Notes under the pieces: generated by a model | Told to the model about the DNA's origin: nothing | What the model saw: only the letters and a program-made list of their open reading frames with translations | Databases searched by the model: none | Position numbers and translations under genes: made by a program | In this document: positions 59,870 through 64,000 of the stretch, one piece after another | Position numbering within the stretch: position 1 is the stretch's first letter | How the letters are laid out: every line of letters starts with the position of its first letter | Assembly (NCBI RefSeq): GCF_027486195.1 | Contig: NZ_JAIXPP010000042.1 | Coordinates: 4,554 to 68,553, forward strand | From: Novosphingobium sp. | GTDB taxonomy: Bacteria; Pseudomonadota; Alphaproteobacteria; Sphingomonadales; Sphingomonadaceae | DNA: 64,000 nucleotides | Direction of reading: 5' to 3'

Positions 59870-61966
59870 ATGTCGCAGGATTCCCCCAGCTTCGAGACTA
59901 CGCCCGGCCCGTCGGGCGAGACGCACCAGCATGTTCCGAACGGCGGCCCGCACGATGCCGGGCTTGCTCATCTCACAACCAATCAAGGCCTGCGCATCAG
60001 CGACAACCAGAACAGCCTGAAGGCAGGTCGAAGTGGGCCAGTGCTGCTGGAGGATTTCGTCCTCCGCGAGAAGATCTTCCACTTCGACCATGAACGCATT
60101 CCGGAACGCGTGGTCCATGCGCGCGGACACGGAGCGCACGGCGTGTTCGAATGCACGCGCGCAATTCCCGAGCTGACCAAGGCCGGCCTTTTCGCCGAGA
60201 CCGGCAAGAAGACGCCGGTCTTCGCACGCTTTTCGACCGTCGCGGGCGGCGCCGGCAGCATCGACACGCCCCGTGACGTGCGCGGTTTTGCCGTCAAATT
60301 CTACACGGATGAGGGCAACTGGGACATCGTCGGCAATAATATCCCGGTGTTTTTCATCCAGGACGCGATCAAGTTCCCCGACCTCGTCCACGCGGTGAAG
60401 ATGGAGGCAGACAAAGGCTATCCGCAGGCCGCCAGCGCGCACGATACGTTCTGGGATTTCATCAGCCTAATGCCAGAAGCGATGCACATGGTGCTCTGGC
60501 AGATGAGCGACCGCACGCTGCCGCGCTCGCCACGCTTTATGGAAGGCTTCGGCATTCACACCTTCCGGCTGGTAAACGGGGCGGGCGAGGGGCATCTGGT
60601 GAAGTTTCACTGGAAGCCAGTGCTCGGCATACAGTCTACGACGTGGGACGAGGCAACCAAGATCGCGGGTGCAGACCCCGATTACCATCGCCGCGACCTG
60701 TTTGAGACGATCGAGCGCGGCGCGTTTCCGCAGTGGGAACTGGGCATCCAGGTGTTCGATGATGGCTGGGCCATGGAACAGCCCTACGACGTTCTGGATG
60801 CGACCAAGCTTATCCCGGAAGAGGTGGTGCCAGTCACGATCATCGGACGGATGACGCTGGACCGCAATCCCGACAACTTTTTTGCAGAGACCGAGCAATC
60901 GGCGTTCTGCCCCGCCAACGTGGTGCCGGGAATCGACTTTACTGCCGATCCGCTGCTGCAGGGACGGTTGTTCTCCTATCTCGATACGCAGAAATCACGG
61001 CTCGGCACGACCAACTTCCACCAGTTGCCAATCAATGCCCCGCGCTGCCCGTTTCAGAATTTTCAGCGCGACGGCATGATGCAGATGGGCGTCCCCCACG
61101 GCCGCGCCAATTACGAGCCCAACAGCCTGTTCGAACAGGGCGAACCAACCGGCCCGCGGGAATGCGCCGAGACCGGCTTCGTCACATTCCCGGACGCAGC
61201 CCAGCGCGATGATAGCTGCGCGCGTCTGCGCATGCGGCCCGAACTGTTTGACGACCACTACTCGCAGGCCCGGCTGTTCTACCGTTCACAAACTCCGGTC
61301 GAACAGTCTCACCTTGCCAGCGCCTTTGTGTTCGAGCTGTCGAAAGTGGATCTTGAGCATGTTCAGCAGCGCATGCTGACCCGGCTCGCAGCAGTCGACA
61401 TGGACCTGGCGCACCGCGTTGCGAAAGGCCTTTCACTGCCGCTGCCGGCGCCTGCGAAAAGCGCAGCGCCAGTATTCGACATGGACCCTTCGCCCGCGCT
61501 TTCGATCCTGTCCGCAGGCCAGCCGCGCATGAACGGGCGGACGATCGGGCTGCTCTTTGCTGAAGGCTCCAGCCGTGACAGCATCGAGCGGATGCGCGAT
61601 GCGATCGAAGCGCAGCAGGGCCGGGTGGTACTGGTTTCGCAGAAGGTCGGCCTACAGGAAGTCCGCGACGGCACCTTGAAAGCAGACGCCAAGTTGGAGG
61701 GAAGCCCATCGGCGCTGTTTGATGCAGTGGTCTCGATCATACCGCCGGAAGCGCTCAGCGCTTTGCGCAGTGATCACACCGCGCGCGAGTGGTTCGCCGA
61801 TGCCTATGCCCATTGCAAGACGATCGGCGCCTGCCCGGCAACGCTGCGGCTGCTCGGAGAATGGGGAATCGCCGCGGACGATGGCGTAACCAACCTCCAG
61901 GACTTCCCTCATGTCGCACCGGCCCGGCATTGGGCGCGCGAACCGCGTGTTCGCCTGCTTGCCTGA
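59870..61966 (+). CDS. katE: large-subunit (HPII-type) monofunctional catalase
   Basis: 698 aa with [26 protein letters not shown], the catalase core, and a C-terminal DJ-1/PfpI-like domain. Confidence 0.95.
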   Translation: MSQDSPSFETTPGPSGETHQHVPNGGPHDAGLAHLTTNQGLRISDNQNSLKAGRSGPVLLEDFVLREKIFHFDHERIPERVVHARGHGAHGVFECTRAIPELTKAGLFAETGKKTPVFARFSTVAGGAGSIDTPRDVRGFAVKFYTDEGNWDIVGNNIPVFFIQDAIKFPDLVHAVKMEADKGYPQAASAHDTFWDFISLMPEAMHMVLWQMSDRTLPRSPRFMEGFGIHTFRLVNGAGEGHLVKFHWKPVLGIQSTTWDEATKIAGADPDYHRRDLFETIERGAFPQWELGIQVFDDGWAMEQPYDVLDATKLIPEEVVPVTIIGRMTLDRNPDNFFAETEQSAFCPANVVPGIDFTADPLLQGRLFSYLDTQKSRLGTTNFHQLPINAPRCPFQNFQRDGMMQMGVPHGRANYEPNSLFEQGEPTGPRECAETGFVTFPDAAQRDDSCARLRMRPELFDDHYSQARLFYRSQTPVEQSHLASAFVFELSKVDLEHVQQRMLTRLAAVDMDLAHRVAKGLSLPLPAPAKSAAPVFDMDPSPALSILSAGQPRMNGRTIGLLFAEGSSRDSIERMRDAIEAQQGRVVLVSQKVGLQEVRDGTLKADAKLEGSPSALFDAVVSIIPPEALSALRSDHTAREWFADAYAHCKTIGACPATLRLLGEWGIAADDGVTNLQDFPHVAPARHWAREPRVRLLA

Positions 61967-62040
61967 GGTGAGGCGGACGTGTCCTCCGTCATTGCGGAGG
62001 GGACCCTAAGCCTCCAACGCGCGGTTGATAGGTCCTGACC

Positions 62041-62847
62041 CTAGGAGCGAGAGGAAAGCTGCCCTTCGAAGAAGCGCAGGCTGTCAGCGAGGTGCTGGTT
62101 CCAGTAGGGCCAATCATGGCCGCCTGGAAACTCCTCGTAGATGTGGGCGATGTTGGCCGCCGTCAGCGCCTCATGCAAACGGCGGTTTTCGGGCAGTAGC
62201 GCGTCATCCACTCCGCAATCGAACCGCAGCGGGGGCAGGGCGGCACGCGCATGCAGCAGGCAAGTCACGACTGAGCGGTCCTCGGCCTGCTCTCCCCATC
62301 CGATGCGCCGCTCTTCGATCATGGGGTCCATCTGTTCCAGATCCGTGATCGCGGAATGTGCGGAAACGGCTGCCAGACGCTCGGGATAGCGCCCGGCCAG
62401 ACGCAGTGCGCCGAAGCCGCCCATGCTGAGGCCGGCCATGAACAGGGGCGCAGGCGCATCGCCGGTACGCCGCACCTCGCGCACGACTGCGGGAACCTCG
62501 TCGATGATCCATCGCTCGAAGTCGGCCGCGCCATGGGGCACATAGCCCGATCCATCGCCCCACAATCCGTCAGAAGGCATGGCCAGCACCATCGGCCGCA
62601 CCTCTCCTGCAGCAATCAGCGCACCGAGAACCGGAGCTGCGCCGCCGCGAAAGGCCCATGCCCAATGCGAGCCATAGACGCCGTGCAGCAGGACCACGAT
62701 CGGCGAGTCCGCCGCCGTGCCCGGGGGCGCGTAGATCGCAACATCGCCCCGCTGGCCCAAGGCCGCGCTCTTGACCGTTGCGAACGTGAAACCGGGAGGC
62801 GTCAGCGCCGGGTCTGAAAGCTCAAGCGTGCGAAACATGGTCATCAC
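62041..62847 (-). CDS. esterase-family alpha/beta hydrolase (esterase D-like)
   Basis: VVLLHGVYGSHWAW and the nucleophile elbow GLSMGGFGA. The start overlaps the end of the upstream ADH gene by 17-26 nt. Confidence 0.75.
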   Translation of the reverse strand: MMTMFRTLELSDPALTPPGFTFATVKSAALGQRGDVAIYAPPGTAADSPIVVLLHGVYGSHWAWAFRGGAAPVLGALIAAGEVRPMVLAMPSDGLWGDGSGYVPHGAADFERWIIDEVPAVVREVRRTGDAPAPLFMAGLSMGGFGALRLAGRYPERLAAVSAHSAITDLEQMDPMIEERRIGWGEQAEDRSVVTCLLHARAALPPLRFDCGVDDALLPENRRLHEALTAANIAHIYEEFPGGHDWPYWNQHLADSLRFFEGQLSSRS

Positions 62848-63970
62848 CAGTCAGCCAGATCACGCCCTTGCCGCTCACGCCCGAGAGCATGTCCGAAATG
62901 GCCTGACCGGCGCTCTCGAGGCCGTAGTGGTGGGTTATCTGATCCGAGACATGGAGCTTGTTTTCAGCCATCATCGTGAACAGGCGCGGGAAATCCCGGG
63001 TGGGACAGCAGCCGCCATAGAGCGCTGTCGAATAGCTCTTGTCCCACATGAAATCGGGCATGTGCGCGGTGACGGCGCCGTGGCTGCCGCTGACCTGAAT
63101 GGCGCGCCCGCCGTTGCGGACGAGGTGCAGGGGCAGGAAACTGAGGCGGGCTGAACCGGTCGCCTCGAAGGCGACATCCACGCCGTAATCGTCCGTCAGC
63201 GCACGTACTTTGCCGATCTGATCGGCAAACGCGGGGTCATCGCTCTGGACGAGGATGCCGTCGGTCGCGCCGAAGTGCCTGGCCCGTTCGAGTGGCTCGC
63301 TCCTCAGGTCCATCGCGATGATCCGGCTGGCCCCGGCGATGCGGGCGCCCTGAATGACATTGAGGCCAACGCCGCCGCAGCCCACGACCGCAACGGTCTC
63401 CCCCGGGCGGACCTGCGCCACATTGAGTGCGGAGCCGACCCCGGTCATTACCGCGCAGCCCAGCAGGGCCGCTTCGCCCAATCCCATGCCCGCAGGCAGC
63501 GGACTGACCGCTTCCTTCCTGACAATCGTGAAATCGGAAAACACGCCGAGATGGAAGGATCGATCGATGGCCTGATCGCCCCACAGGGTGCTGCCGGCAT
63601 GGGCCGCGCTCGTGCCGAACCGTTCCGGCCAGCGACCGTGTGTGCGGTCGCAGATGTGCTCGTTGCCGCGCGCGCACTGCGGGCACGCGCCGCAGGGAAT
63701 GGCCCAGTTCAGGCAAACCGGCTGGCCGATGGCAAGGCCCGTCACGCCCGGCCCGACGGCATCGATGATCCCTGCGCCCTCATGCCCGAGAACCATGGTC
63801 CGGCCCCATGACAGGCTGGCGTGGTCCGTATGGCAGACCCCTGCCGCTACCACGCGAATTCGCACTTCATCGGGCCCCGGCGGCGCTACGCGGACCTGCT
63901 GGAGCAGCAAGTCGCCCGCACCGGTGGTAATGGCGGCCCGGGATTCGACGAACTGGCTTGCGCGGGGCAT
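62822..63970 (-). CDS. zinc-dependent alcohol dehydrogenase (class III-like MDR)
   Basis: GVCHTDH, GHEGAGIIDAVG, structural-zinc CGACPQCARGNEHIC and GCGGVGLNVIQGA. Confidence 0.9.
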   Translation of the reverse strand: MPRASQFVESRAAITTGAGDLLLQQVRVAPPGPDEVRIRVVAAGVCHTDHASLSWGRTMVLGHEGAGIIDAVGPGVTGLAIGQPVCLNWAIPCGACPQCARGNEHICDRTHGRWPERFGTSAAHAGSTLWGDQAIDRSFHLGVFSDFTIVRKEAVSPLPAGMGLGEAALLGCAVMTGVGSALNVAQVRPGETVAVVGCGGVGLNVIQGARIAGASRIIAMDLRSEPLERARHFGATDGILVQSDDPAFADQIGKVRALTDDYGVDVAFEATGSARLSFLPLHLVRNGGRAIQVSGSHGAVTAHMPDFMWDKSYSTALYGGCCPTRDFPRLFTMMAENKLHVSDQITHHYGLESAGQAISDMLSGVSGKGVIWLTGDDHVSHA

Positions 63971-64000
63971 TGTCTCTCCAATCGGCCACCATGATGCGGC

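Noticed and set aside
1-64000. Search for CRISPR arrays, tRNA/rRNA genes, IS elements or transposases, integrases, phage genes, and toxin-antitoxin or known defence genes.
   Set aside because: I found no direct-repeat or spacer periodicity, no cloverleaf-like candidates in the intergenic regions, and no DDE, tyrosine-recombinase or nuclease/ATPase defence signatures in any translated ORF.

Overview
High-GC (about 65%), gene-dense alphaproteobacterial DNA. It looks sphingomonad-like: it carries a PhyR-NepR-EcfG general stress response core, TonB-dependent receptors and many aromatic and CoA-dependent catabolic genes. No rRNA, tRNA, CRISPR array or intact IS element was seen. Layout: (1) 1-23.1 kb is a tightly packed CoA-dependent catabolic island. 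It holds an acyl-CoA synthetase, a carotenoid/stilbene-cleavage oxygenase, an MDR reductase, SDRs, a limonene-epoxide-hydrolase-like protein, a P450, a split acyl-CoA dehydrogenase pair, two ThuA-like proteins, a thiolase-fold protein, a tandem-fused family III CoA-transferase, two crotonases, a FadH-type dienoyl-CoA reductase, and TetR and LuxR regulators. (2) 24-40.8 kb holds three paralogous Rieske-oxygenase cassettes. Each alpha subunit is welded to an uncharacterised protein of about 120 aa, and two cassettes also carry an NTF2/SnoaL-like protein. A TonB-dependent receptor, an AraC regulator, one ferredoxin reductase and one Rieske ferredoxin accompany them. All of this is wrapped around a catR-catBCA-pcaD catechol ortho-cleavage cluster that contains a pcaI stub. 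(3) 40.9-46.8 kb holds a formamidase-family amidase and an MFS-HlyD-OMF efflux operon preceded by a duplicated motif plus mini-ORF module. (4) 47-57 kb is a decayed accessory stretch. It holds LysR, hydrolase, PQQ-dehydrogenase and fumC remnants, a secreted glycoside hydrolase, and an ECF sigma/anti-sigma pair divergent from an S8 peptidase and a Gly-rich PRC-barrel protein. (5) 55-62 kb is the general stress response locus (phyR, nepR, ecfG) with GGAAC-N16-CGTT-type promoters in front of PRC-barrel, DUF4142, phyR and possibly katE. An esterase and a Zn-alcohol dehydrogenase follow. The best candidate for an undescribed system is the triplicated Rieske oxygenase plus 120-aa partner (plus NTF2-like) cassette. 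All functional calls come from reading the translations by eye, and no database search was possible.
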